From contig JALXBF010000139.1 of assembly GCA_026991575.1 (NCBI GenBank), positions 1-45,352 on the forward strand: a DNA stretch of 45,352 nucleotides, written 5' to 3'. The notes under the pieces are model-generated. The model worked only from the letters and a program-made list of their open reading frames with translations, searched no databases and was not told the DNA's origin. Of this stretch, positions 27,400-36,913 are shown one piece after another. A program made the position numbers and the translations under genes. Source of the DNA: Planctomycetota bacterium (GTDB taxonomy: Bacteria; Planctomycetota; Planctomycetia; JALXBF01). How positions within the stretch are numbered: the first letter of the stretch is position 1; every line of letters begins with the position of its first letter.

Positions 27400-28734
27400 G
27401 TGATCGAACTGGCCGATCCGCTTGCAATACCAACGGGCCGCATAGCTCGCGGGATCATCCGACCGCCAGGCTCCAAGAGCATCACCAACCGGGCCCTCGT
27501 GCTGGCCGTGCTGGCGGGCCGGGACTGTCGGCTGATCGGCCCGCTGAGCTCCGAGGACACACACGTCATGGTCGAAGCCTGGCGCGCGGTCGGAGTCAAA
27601 ATCGACACGAGCGACCCTGGCTGCTGGATGGTGCAGCCACAGCGGTTCGTGCCGGACGGTGACCAGGAACTCTACGTGGCCAACTCCGGCACAACGGTGC
27701 GTTTCCTGACCGCTGCCCTGGCGACCCTGCAACAGGGGAGCTTTCGGGTGTATGGCGTTGAGCGGATGCATCAGCGACCGATTGGCCCGCTGGTTACAGC
27801 GCTTCGCCAACTCGGTGCCGCCATTGAATATGAGCAAGCCGAAGGTTATCCCCCGCTGGTCATCCGGCCGCGCGGCCTCCGAGGTGGCACGGTGACGATT
27901 AGCGGCAGTGAAAGCAGCCAGTTCGTCAGCGGTCTGCTCATGGCGGCAACACGTGCCGACGGGCCCGTCGAAATCGAACTTACCGGACCAGTCGTGTCGG
28001 CGCCGTTCGTGGAGCTGACCGTTCGCATGCTCAGCCAGTTTGGGGCCGAGGTCGAAGCGAGCTGGTACGTGCCGCTGGCGGAAAGCGAACGAGTGCCGCC
28101 GGGCAGGGCGGTGGCCCGGTTCCGGGTGCGGCCCGGCCTGGCCGGGGTTGCCGAGTACGAGATCGAGCCCGATGCGACAGCGGCGTCCTACTTCTGGGCT
28201 GCGGCCGCGCTCACAGGGGGCGACGTCCTGGTTGACGGCCTTGCCCGTGACCGATCGCTCCAGGGGGACGTTGCTTTCGTGGACGTGCTCCGCGACATGG
28301 GGGCCACAGTTCGCCAGGAAGGCAGCGGCATTCGTGTGCAGGGGGGAGCACTACACGCTGTCGACGTGAATCTGTCGGCCATCAGTGACACGACGCCGAC
28401 ATTTGCCGTGCTCGCGGCGTTTGCCGAGGGCGTCAGCCGCATTCGAGGGGTGCGGCACATCCGGCTGCAAGAAACGGACCGGATTTCGGCGATTGCCTCG
28501 GAGCTGCGACGGATTGGCGGGAAAGTACAAGAGCACGACGACGGACTGACGATCTACGGCCCCTGCCCCCTCCGCGGGGCCACCATCCAGACCTACCGTG
28601 ACCACCGGATCGCGATGGCCTTCGCGCTGGCCGGCCTGCGGGTACCCAACATACGTATCGCCAACCCCGGCTGCACGGCCAAGACCTACCCCAGTTATTG
28701 GACCGATCTGTTTGCGCTTCTCCAGCCTGCCTAG
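27400..28734 (+). CDS. aroA: 3-phosphoshikimate 1-carboxyvinyltransferase (EPSP synthase)
   Basis: PGSKSITNRAL, NSGTTVRFL, SSQFVS, QETDRI, DHRIAMAF, KTYP. Confidence 0.97.
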   Translation: MIELADPLAIPTGRIARGIIRPPGSKSITNRALVLAVLAGRDCRLIGPLSSEDTHVMVEAWRAVGVKIDTSDPGCWMVQPQRFVPDGDQELYVANSGTTVRFLTAALATLQQGSFRVYGVERMHQRPIGPLVTALRQLGAAIEYEQAEGYPPLVIRPRGLRGGTVTISGSESSQFVSGLLMAATRADGPVEIELTGPVVSAPFVELTVRMLSQFGAEVEASWYVPLAESERVPPGRAVARFRVRPGLAGVAEYEIEPDATAASYFWAAAALTGGDVLVDGLARDRSLQGDVAFVDVLRDMGATVRQEGSGIRVQGGALHAVDVNLSAISDTTPTFAVLAAFAEGVSRIRGVRHIRLQETDRISAIASELRRIGGKVQEHDDGLTIYGPCPLRGATIQTYRDHRIAMAFALAGLRVPNIRIANPGCTAKTYPSYWTDLFALLQPA

Positions 28735-28756
28735 CACACCGCCGTGGTTACGCTGC

Positions 28757-30517
28757 CTAGGGGGAGCTCAATCGCTCGATCCACACGAAATAGGCCCCGT
28801 GCTCGGATCCGTCAGGCCGGGTCAGCCAGGTGGTGAGTTCACACGGGCCCTGGGGTAGTTCCAGCTCGAACGTGGCTGCCACCTCAGATCGGTCCATTGC
28901 CTTCTCTACCTCTTGCCCAGCGATCTTGATGCGGGCACGCACCCGGTCCGCCGGGCGGTTCAGCACGCGTGGCCACCGGTAGAGCGAAATCCGATAGCGT
29001 CCTGCCCGGCGCACGTACAGTGTCCAGTAACCATTGCCGCCGGCATCCTGCTCGACATGCCGCTGATTCCACGGGCAGTCCTTGATAGCCAGGCAGTGCC
29101 AGTCGTGGGCCGTCAGCCGGGTCGGGTTCTCCGCGTCAGATCCGACGTGGATCCGGACGTACTTACGAAACACCGGCGTCAGGCTTCGCCACCAACGCTC
29201 GTACGCCGCTTGTAAGCCGGCGACCACGTGCGGATGTTCGGACGCCACGTCCCGCCTCTGACCAGGATCACGCCGGATGTCATACAACGCGCTGCCATTC
29301 ACCAGACGCCAGCGGTCGGTCATGACCACGTAGTTACGCCCTTTCTCAGGGAACTGGATCCGTTGCGAGTGGACAATGAGCACGCGATCCCGGAGCGCCT
29401 GCCGGTCCCCGTACAGGATCGCTCGCAGTGAGGTGCCATCCAGCGGTGGGCCGGCTGGCTTGGTGAGATCGCAGAGGTCGATGAGCGTGGGCAGGACGTC
29501 GATGTGGGCCGTTAGCTGATCGACGTCGCGGCCGCCAACCAGCCCCCCGTCGGGCCAGTGAATGAAAAACGGCACACGATGACCCCCCTCGTAGACGGAT
29601 CCCTTCCGGCCGCGCATCCCGGCGTTAAATCCCTTCATCATGCGCCGCTGGGGCTGCCACCCGGCAGAAGTGCCGTTGTCCGTGGTGAAGATGAGGATGG
29701 TTTTCCGTGCCAGGTTAAGCTCTTCTAGCAGCAGACGCAGCTTGCCAATGTTCTCGTCGATGTTTGTGATCATGCCGTAGAACGCAGCCATCGGGGCCGG
29801 GACGCCCTTCTTCGTGTAACGCTCGGCGTACGCAACCGGAACACGGTACGGTGCGTGGGGAGCATTCGTGGCGATGTAGACGAAAAAGGGGCGGTTCCTG
29901 TTTGTGCGAATGAAGGCCATCGCCTCGCGGAACCAGACGTCCGTGCAGTAGCCTTCCATGCGCAGTACTTTGCCGTTTTTCCAGTAATGGTCGTCGAAAT
30001 AGTCGTTGCCCCACCAGTCGGGCGTCTGGCCGATACCGCCACCACCGTGTCGCACTACGTGGTCGAAGCCCTGGTCTTCAGCTCGTAGCGGGTAGTTGTC
30101 CCCCAGATGCCACTTGCCAAACATGGCTGTTCGATAGCCGTTGGCCCGAAACACCTCGGCCATCGTCACCTCGCGGGCGTCCATCAGCGACCTTCCCATG
30201 ACCGTGTGCCACACGCCGGTGCGGCTGCTGTAGCGGCCGGTCATCAGAGCCGCTCGCGTCGGCGAGCAGGTCGGATCGACGTGGTAGTTCGTCAACCGAA
30301 CACTGTCGGCGTAGAGCCGATCGAGATTAGGCGTTTCAATGATCGGATTGCCGTGGGCTGCGATGTCGCCATAGCCCTGGTCATCGGTAATGATCAGGAT
30401 AACGTTGGGACGGTCCGCACCGTTGGCGGTCCGTTCACAGACGGTGCCCACGGACCAAACGGTGACGACCACCAGAGCGGAGAGGGCAACGTGCCCGGGG
30501 CTACCACTTGCGTACAT
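28757..30517 (-). CDS. Arylsulfatase (formylglycine-dependent), secreted
   Basis: PNVILIITDDQG, CSPTRAALMTGR, GKWHLG, TTDNG, YEGGHRVP; signal-like N-terminus; start 30517-30532. Confidence 0.95.
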   Translation of the reverse strand: MYASGSPGHVALSALVVVTVWSVGTVCERTANGADRPNVILIITDDQGYGDIAAHGNPIIETPNLDRLYADSVRLTNYHVDPTCSPTRAALMTGRYSSRTGVWHTVMGRSLMDAREVTMAEVFRANGYRTAMFGKWHLGDNYPLRAEDQGFDHVVRHGGGGIGQTPDWWGNDYFDDHYWKNGKVLRMEGYCTDVWFREAMAFIRTNRNRPFFVYIATNAPHAPYRVPVAYAERYTKKGVPAPMAAFYGMITNIDENIGKLRLLLEELNLARKTILIFTTDNGTSAGWQPQRRMMKGFNAGMRGRKGSVYEGGHRVPFFIHWPDGGLVGGRDVDQLTAHIDVLPTLIDLCDLTKPAGPPLDGTSLRAILYGDRQALRDRVLIVHSQRIQFPEKGRNYVVMTDRWRLVNGSALYDIRRDPGQRRDVASEHPHVVAGLQAAYERWWRSLTPVFRKYVRIHVGSDAENPTRLTAHDWHCLAIKDCPWNQRHVEQDAGGNGYWTLYVRRAGRYRISLYRWPRVLNRPADRVRARIKIAGQEVEKAMDRSEVAATFELELPQGPCELTTWLTRPDGSEHGAYFVWIERLSSP

Positions 30518-30836
30518 CGTCACTGTCCTCACCTGTTCGTTTCAGCTGGAGGCTAAGCATCATAGCCGGTTCCGACTGGTTCGGCGGGCCACGCTGGTGG
30601 GCAAAGCTGGCCGGCACTGCGTCAGGACGAGCAGTTACGTGACGCGATCGACTGACTTCTCCGGCAGGCGACAGCAAGCGGTTCGCTGTCCGGTCCCGGT
30701 TCCTGCCTCCCGGCTGGCGGTCGCGCGCCCCTTGGCATGCAATCCCCCACCCGGGAACCGGAACCAGATGCTAGGGCGGCAGGTGGTTCTGACGCGGGCT
30801 CTGTAGCGCGGGCGTCCGTGCGAGCGAATAAGTTGG

Positions 30837-33380
30837 CTAACTGTGGGTGTGCCTGCCAGTAGCCGAAGTGGCCGGCTGCGGCAGGTGCCGCAAGATGATC
30901 TCGACCAGACGAGCTCGGTTGATCGGTTTTGTGGCGTAGTCGTCACAGCCAGCGGCAATCACTCTGTCCCGCTCACCGGCCATTGCGTGCGCGGTGAGTG
31001 CGATGATGAGGCCGCGGTAGCCCTGCTGGCGCAGCGTGCGCGTCGCAGCGTATCCGTCCAGGACAGGCATCTGCATGTCCATCAGGATGACGTCGAAGGG
31101 GGAACCGGCGGCCGCGGCATCAAGCGCTGCCTGGACGCCGTCACGGCCATTGCAGCGGACGGTCACCTCGGCTCCCTCCTTCCGGAGGAAATGGGCGATT
31201 AGCTTCTGGTTGTCCTTGGCGTCATCAACTAGAAGCACCCGCACGCCCGCCAGCCGCTCGGCAGGGCTGGTCGTCGTGGCTGCTGCCGCTGGCGTCGCTG
31301 CCTTGGGTTGCGACCTGTTGGTCGGACCGTTCAGGTCTGTGACGGTCCGGTTGAGCTCCTCGGCGGTTATGGGGATGACCAGGCGGAAGCGGCTACCGTG
31401 CCCCGGCCGGGAATGGACCAGGAACAGGTTCCCCCCAAGAAGGCGGGCTAGACGGCGGCTGATGGCCAAGCCGAGCCCCGTGCCGCCGTAGCGCCGGGTC
31501 GTTGAGCTATCGGCCTGTGTGAACGGCTCGAAGAGCGCTTCGGCGCGGGCGGGGTCGATGCCGCAGCCGGTGTCTACGACGTCGAATTCCAGCTTTGGTT
31601 CCTGATCGGCAGCCCGCACGCGGATGACCAGCTCCACGTGACCCCGGTCGGTGAACTTGACCGCGTTGGCCAGCAGATTGATCAGGATCTGCCGGAGCCT
31701 GGTCGGGTCACTCTGAATCGTGGCCGGCACGGGTGATTCGAGTCGGATGCGGAAGCTGACCGGTTTGCCCCGCGTACGCACCTGTATCAGTGATTCGAGG
31801 TCGGCGCACAGATCTCGCAGGTCGCAGTGGGTGCGTTCCACTTCTAGCTTGCCCGCCTCGATCTTGGACAGGTCCAGGATGTCGTTGATGATGTGGAGTA
31901 GGTAGTTGCCGTTGCGCTGGATGATTTCCAGGGCTTCGTGCACGAAGTGGGGTGCTTCCTGGGTGCGGGCCCAGTCGAGCAGGACCTCCGCGTAGCCGAG
32001 CACGGCGGTCATCGGGGTACGCAGTTCGTGGCTCATGTTGGCAAGAAACTCGCTCTTGCTGCGGTCCGCCGCTTCTGCTGCCTGCTTGGCCGCTTCGAGT
32101 TCTCGATTGATGCGCACGAGCAGGTTCCGCTGACGCTCTAGCTTGGCCTGTTGCTGCCTCAACCGATGTGCCGTTTCCTCAGCCCGCCGTTTACTGGCAC
32201 GCAGTGCGCTCTCGATCCGGTCAGCGCGCCGCTCGAGCCGGCGCGCCAGCCAGGAAAAGCAGACGACGAGGACCGTTCCGATCAGTCCGGCTGCTACCCA
32301 GGCGCCGGCAAGCACGCGGTGGGAGTGGCTGCGGAGGCGTTTGGTGACGGCGTACGTAAGCTCGATGAGCTCCCGCTCTGCCGCGATCAGGCGGTTATTC
32401 AGCTGCACCAAATCGTCACTAAGGCGGCGGCCCATCTGTCCCAGCAGCAACCGCCGCTGGTGCGCTCGATAGAATCCGCCTTCGCCGAGCACCAGGGTCT
32501 GATGGTCCAGGTCGTCGTGTGCTCCTTTGCCGAAGAGCGTCTCTTGCAGCTGAGCGACACAACGAGCCAGGTGACCACCGTCCAATGCCGCATGCCGGAG
32601 CGCGGCCTGGTGCAGGCGGCGGAGTGACAGGCGGATTTCGTTGTCCTTAAGGTTGTCGAGGCCGGCGATGCTGGTTTCTGACTGCAGCTCCTGCACCATG
32701 ACTGCCAGGTCGGCCAGCTCACGGGCGGCCGAGACCACGGCCCGGTCCACGGGCAGGCCACCGATGATTTGCCTGGCGAGCTGCAGAGCCGCTTCGCCGT
32801 CAAGTGAGCGGAATGCTCGGATCTGAAGTGCCCGGCGGACGCGATGTTGGCCTTCCAGACGATGGGCGGCTTCCTTTGCCTGGCGTAGGGCCAGTTGCGT
32901 TTCCTTCCAGAGGCGTTGCCATGTTTGCTCGGCCTGCCGTGTCTCTGCGGCCCAGTCTTCGATACGGGTGCGCAGCCCGCCACAGAGGCTGAAAACGGCG
33001 GCCAGCGCACCGGCCCGGCGGGCGTGCGCCGTTTGCGGTGCTATGGCACGGATCTGAGCTGCCACTCGGTTCGTGTGGCGCGCCAACTTGCGAAACGGCT
33101 CCTCCAGATCGGCCGCCTCCCGCGGTTGGCGCAGCGTGTTAGCGGCGCGCAGCATGGCGACTTCGCGCCACGCGCGGGCTGCATCCAGCGAACGCATGAT
33201 GCGCCGCTCCAATTCCGCACTGCGGCGGTCCGTCTGCCAGACGATCACCACCCCGACGGAAATCGCAACCAGCGTCAGCGTTCCCGCAACGGTGCTAAGG
33301 GTGGCGAGCACGCGGAGCAGCCGGGAGATCGGCAATGCGCTCTGCGGCGCCTCGTACTCTTGCCGGCTCATCACTGCCAT
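30837..33380 (-). CDS. Hybrid sensor histidine kinase/response regulator
   Basis: Two TM helices around a large periplasmic helical domain; FLANMSHELRTP, NLLANAVKF, GGTGLGL; C-terminal REC (MDMQMP, TKP). Confidence 0.95.
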   Translation of the reverse strand: MAVMSRQEYEAPQSALPISRLLRVLATLSTVAGTLTLVAISVGVVIVWQTDRRSAELERRIMRSLDAARAWREVAMLRAANTLRQPREAADLEEPFRKLARHTNRVAAQIRAIAPQTAHARRAGALAAVFSLCGGLRTRIEDWAAETRQAEQTWQRLWKETQLALRQAKEAAHRLEGQHRVRRALQIRAFRSLDGEAALQLARQIIGGLPVDRAVVSAARELADLAVMVQELQSETSIAGLDNLKDNEIRLSLRRLHQAALRHAALDGGHLARCVAQLQETLFGKGAHDDLDHQTLVLGEGGFYRAHQRRLLLGQMGRRLSDDLVQLNNRLIAAERELIELTYAVTKRLRSHSHRVLAGAWVAAGLIGTVLVVCFSWLARRLERRADRIESALRASKRRAEETAHRLRQQQAKLERQRNLLVRINRELEAAKQAAEAADRSKSEFLANMSHELRTPMTAVLGYAEVLLDWARTQEAPHFVHEALEIIQRNGNYLLHIINDILDLSKIEAGKLEVERTHCDLRDLCADLESLIQVRTRGKPVSFRIRLESPVPATIQSDPTRLRQILINLLANAVKFTDRGHVELVIRVRAADQEPKLEFDVVDTGCGIDPARAEALFEPFTQADSSTTRRYGGTGLGLAISRRLARLLGGNLFLVHSRPGHGSRFRLVIPITAEELNRTVTDLNGPTNRSQPKAATPAAAATTTSPAERLAGVRVLLVDDAKDNQKLIAHFLRKEGAEVTVRCNGRDGVQAALDAAAAGSPFDVILMDMQMPVLDGYAATRTLRQQGYRGLIIALTAHAMAGERDRVIAAGCDDYATKPINRARLVEIILRHLPQPATSATGRHTHS

Positions 33381-34593
33381 CGCTCCAAGGCCGTTGTTTC
33401 GCCAGCTCTCGCCACTCGAACGGCACGAGCCTGCCGGCGCGAATCACGGTGGGCCAGACCGCGTCACAAGCCTGGTGGTCCTCCGGGCCGAGCGTTAACG
33501 GAACGCCCAGCCCGAGGTCAAATTGGCCGAGGTTTTCCAACGCCCGAACGACCCCCTCTCGCGTGGGCGTGCCCCGGTGCCGTGATAGAGCTTCAATCAG
33601 AATCCGCCCAACGATGTAGCCTTCCAGCGAAACGAACGTCGGTTCCAGCTCCGGCGCATACGCTTCGAGCGCCCGGCGATAGTCCCGCACGATCGGTAGA
33701 TCAGCCGCCACATGGGGCACCACCTGCGTAACGATGACCCCATCGCCTTCCGGACCAAGCTCGCGCGCCAGTGCCGTACTGCCCACGAAGGACACGTTCA
33801 AGAACGTAGCCGTGATGCCATGGCGTCGGGCCAGGCGAATGAACCGCGCACACGGCTTGTAAGCCCCGACCATGATCACTGCCTTGACCGGGCGGTCCCA
33901 CATCAGCAGATCCGCCAGGGCGTTTTCGACCGCAATCGTGTTCCGTTCGTAGCGAACGTGTAGTACGTCAGCGGGATTGCGGAGGCCGTACCGCTTCAGC
34001 GCCGCAATGCCACCCGCGAAGCCAGCATCGCCGTAGGCATCCCGCTGAGTGAAAAAGGCGATCTCCTCCGGTGCGACACCACCGTATGTGACCAGGGCGT
34101 CCACCATCGCGGCGGTTTCCTGGGCGTAGCTTGCGCGGAAGTTGATGACATAACGCTCCGGCGGTCGCTTGCGCAAGATGCCCGCGCCGGTAAACGCACC
34201 GAAGAACGGCGTGCCACTCTCGCGCACCAGGGGCAGGGCCGCGACGGCAGTCGGCGTGCCCACATTGCCCACCAGCGCCAGGACCCGTTCCTCGTAGATC
34301 AGCCGCCAGACATTCGGGCCGGTCAGCGTCGGTTCATAGCGATCATCCAGTGCGATCAGCCGCAGTGGACGGCCCCGGATGCCGCCGCGACGGTTGCACT
34401 CCTGGAACGCTGCCAGCACACCGGCCCGCATGTCGCGCCCCAGTGCCGCCGCCGGCCCGGTGAGGGCTGTGGACATGCCGAAGAGTAGAGGGGGCTTGTC
34501 CGCTGGCTTGGTGCGCCGTGGCGAAGGGATGGCCGCGCACGAAATCACCATAACGACCAGCCACACGCCTGGGCCGTCAAAGACCCTGTTCAT
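33295..34593 (-). CDS. Type I periplasmic solute-binding protein (LivJ/Peripla_BP_6-like)
   Basis: ATG 34593 after GAGGAG; FGMSTALTGPAA, LDDRYEP, GNVGTPT, NFRASYAQE, SFVGS, TQVVP, SLEGY. Confidence 0.9.
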   Translation of the reverse strand: MNRVFDGPGVWLVVMVISCAAIPSPRRTKPADKPPLLFGMSTALTGPAAALGRDMRAGVLAAFQECNRRGGIRGRPLRLIALDDRYEPTLTGPNVWRLIYEERVLALVGNVGTPTAVAALPLVRESGTPFFGAFTGAGILRKRPPERYVINFRASYAQETAAMVDALVTYGGVAPEEIAFFTQRDAYGDAGFAGGIAALKRYGLRNPADVLHVRYERNTIAVENALADLLMWDRPVKAVIMVGAYKPCARFIRLARRHGITATFLNVSFVGSTALARELGPEGDGVIVTQVVPHVAADLPIVRDYRRALEAYAPELEPTFVSLEGYIVGRILIEALSRHRGTPTREGVVRALENLGQFDLGLGVPLTLGPEDHQACDAVWPTVIRAGRLVPFEWRELAKQRPWSDGSDEPARVRGAAERIADLPAAPRARHP

Positions 34594-34750
34594 TACCAAG
34601 AACTCCTCTGTCGTTGTCGCGCCCGGGAGGGCTTTGAACGGTGGGTGGCCTTGGTCGGGAGGGCAGCGGTCTGCGGTGCTCGACCGCTGCTTCTGGCCTT
34701 TGCTCAACGAGTAGCTCACAAAGAGATGAACGTCAAACCATGCTAATGGG

Positions 34751-35896
34751 TTACGTCACATCCTCGGCGCTCAGGGCGTCCGCGAGCGCCTGGGCGAGAC
34801 GATCGAGTTGGTCGTCGGTGTGATCGGCGTGAATGGAGATGCGCAACCGAGCAGTGCCCGGCGGTACCGTTGGCGGTCGGATGGCCCGCACGTCGAAGCC
34901 CAGGGACTGCAACCGCTGCGCGACTCGAACCGTGCGGTCGTCGCTTCCGATGACGACTGGCACGATGTAGTGCTCACCCAGTGGCGTGATGCCTGCCTCC
35001 GCCAGCCTGGCGCGAAATCGTGCCGCGTTGCGGTGAAGCCGCTGCCGACGCTCTTCGCCCCGGCTCACCTGGGGCAGCCGATAGAGCCAGGCCGCGACCG
35101 CAGCCGGAGGCAGTGCGGTGGTAAAGATCAAGTGGCGGCAGCGATTGATCAGGTAGTCGCGGAGCAGGTCGGAGCAGCAGATATACGCCCCACAGCATGC
35201 AAGCGCCTTGCCGCCGGTGTGCACCGTTGCGAGCACGCGCCCACGTAGGCCAGCGGCGTCGACCAGCCCGCTGCCGTTGGGACCGAAGCAGCCGGTGGCA
35301 TGCGCTTCGTCAACGATCAGCGCTGCCTCGTAGCGATCTGCCAGCTCGGCCAACGCTCCCAGCGGGGCTGTGTCGCCCGTCATGCTGAAGAGACTTTCCG
35401 TGACGATGAACAGCGCCGTGTCCCGTTTGCGAGCGGCAGCTGCTGCGCGCAGCCCCTCCTCGAGGTGGTCCAGGTCGTTGTGGCGGAAGACGAATCGTTC
35501 TCCCTTTGCGAGCCGCAGGCCGTCGATGATGGACGCGTGGTTGAATTCGTCAGAAGCTACCCAGTCCCCACGCCGCACAAGCGTGGACAATAGACCTTCG
35601 TTGGCCACGTAGCCTGAATTCATTAGCAGCGCAGCCGGCGCCCCATGCCAGTTGGCCAGTGCCGTCTCGGCAGCTTCGTATTGTTCCCGGTGGCCCCGTA
35701 GCAGGCGGGACGCCATGCCGCTCCACAGCCGAAACGCCACCTCATCGGCCAAGGGCACTGGCACCGGTTCGGCACCGAAGCCGAGGTAATCATTCGAGGT
35801 GAAGTCGATGCCGCGGGGCAGCGACAAAGTGCGTCGCCTGCCAAGACGCGCCAGCATGGCTAACTCGCGACGCCACCGCTCTTGCAGCCGCTGCAT
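34751..35896 (-). CDS. bioF: 8-amino-7-oxononanoate synthase
   Basis: FTSNDYLG, SGYVAN, NHASIIDG, ESLFSMTGD, VDEAHA, GKA, IRPPTVPPG. Confidence 0.93.
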   Translation of the reverse strand: MQRLQERWRRELAMLARLGRRRTLSLPRGIDFTSNDYLGFGAEPVPVPLADEVAFRLWSGMASRLLRGHREQYEAAETALANWHGAPAALLMNSGYVANEGLLSTLVRRGDWVASDEFNHASIIDGLRLAKGERFVFRHNDLDHLEEGLRAAAAARKRDTALFIVTESLFSMTGDTAPLGALAELADRYEAALIVDEAHATGCFGPNGSGLVDAAGLRGRVLATVHTGGKALACCGAYICCSDLLRDYLINRCRHLIFTTALPPAAVAAWLYRLPQVSRGEERRQRLHRNAARFRARLAEAGITPLGEHYIVPVVIGSDDRTVRVAQRLQSLGFDVRAIRPPTVPPGTARLRISIHADHTDDQLDRLAQALADALSAEDVT

Positions 35897-35905
35897 GCTC
35901 TGCCC

Positions 35906-36835
35906 TCAGCTCAGCGGCACCCCCAGTTCGCGCAGCAAACGGGCGTCCTCGCTCTCGTCCGGATTCGGAGCCGTCAGCAGTTTGTCCCCGTAGAAGATCG
36001 AGTTCGCGCCGGCCAGGAAACAGAGCACCTGCAGCTCTTTGCTCATGTTGGTTCGCCCCGCACTTAGCCGCACGCGACTCTTTGGGAACATGATCCGCGT
36101 CGTGGCGATCAGACGGACCAGTTCCAGCGGGTCCACCGGGGGGGCGTCTGCCAGCGGCGTTCCGGGAATGGGCACCAAGCAGTTGATCGGGATGCTCTCC
36201 GGCGGGACCTCCAGCTTGCTGAGCTCCTCCAACAGCCGCAGGCGGTCGTCCACCGACTCGCCCATCCCGATGATGCCGCCGCAACAGATGGCGATGCCGG
36301 CACGTGCGACGGCTCTTAGCGTGCGGAGCCGGTCCTCATAGCTTCTGGTCGTGATGATCCGACTGTAGAACTCGGGCGACGTATCCAGGTTGTGGTTGTA
36401 CGCCGTCAGGCCAGCGTCCTTCAGTCGCCGTGCCTGCTCCTCGGTCAGCATTCCCAGTGTGACGCAGACCTCCATCCCGAGCGCGGCGACCTGCCGAACC
36501 ATTTCCAAAACCGCCTCGAACTGAGGACCCTCACGAACCTCACGCCACGCTGCTCCCATACAGAACCGCGTTGCGCCACGCTCCTTGGCGGCCCGCGCCC
36601 GTGCGACCACGTCGGCCACGTCCATCAACGGGGTCGCCCTGATGCCGGTCTCGTACCGAGCACTCTGGGCACAGTAAGCACAATCCTCCGGACAGCCCCC
36701 AGTCTTGATACTCAGTAGCGTGCACCGCTGGATGTCGCGGGGATCATGGTGCTGTCGGAACACACGATGAGCTTCGTAGACGAGGTCCAACAGCGGGCGG
36801 TTGTAGACGGAACGGATGCGGTCAAGGGTCCACAT
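35906..36835 (-). CDS. bioB: Biotin synthase
   Basis: KTGGCPEDCAYCAQS, YNHNLDT, CCGGIIGMGE, RLSAGR, AGANSIFYGDKLLT. Confidence 0.98.
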   Translation of the reverse strand: MWTLDRIRSVYNRPLLDLVYEAHRVFRQHHDPRDIQRCTLLSIKTGGCPEDCAYCAQSARYETGIRATPLMDVADVVARARAAKERGATRFCMGAAWREVREGPQFEAVLEMVRQVAALGMEVCVTLGMLTEEQARRLKDAGLTAYNHNLDTSPEFYSRIITTRSYEDRLRTLRAVARAGIAICCGGIIGMGESVDDRLRLLEELSKLEVPPESIPINCLVPIPGTPLADAPPVDPLELVRLIATTRIMFPKSRVRLSAGRTNMSKELQVLCFLAGANSIFYGDKLLTAPNPDESEDARLLRELGVPLS

Positions 36836-36913
36836 CGATTGCTCTCTGACACGAGGTTTCCTGGTCACTCGCGTTGCTGTTCCGCAGCCCAAGGCCGGTG
36901 CGCCACCGACCGA

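Noticed and set aside
25854..27662. Long antisense or alternate-frame ORFs (also 11833..13089, 20894..22231, 40543..41898, 43354..44760)
   Set aside because: Shadows of well-supported genes, expected from high-GC codon bias.
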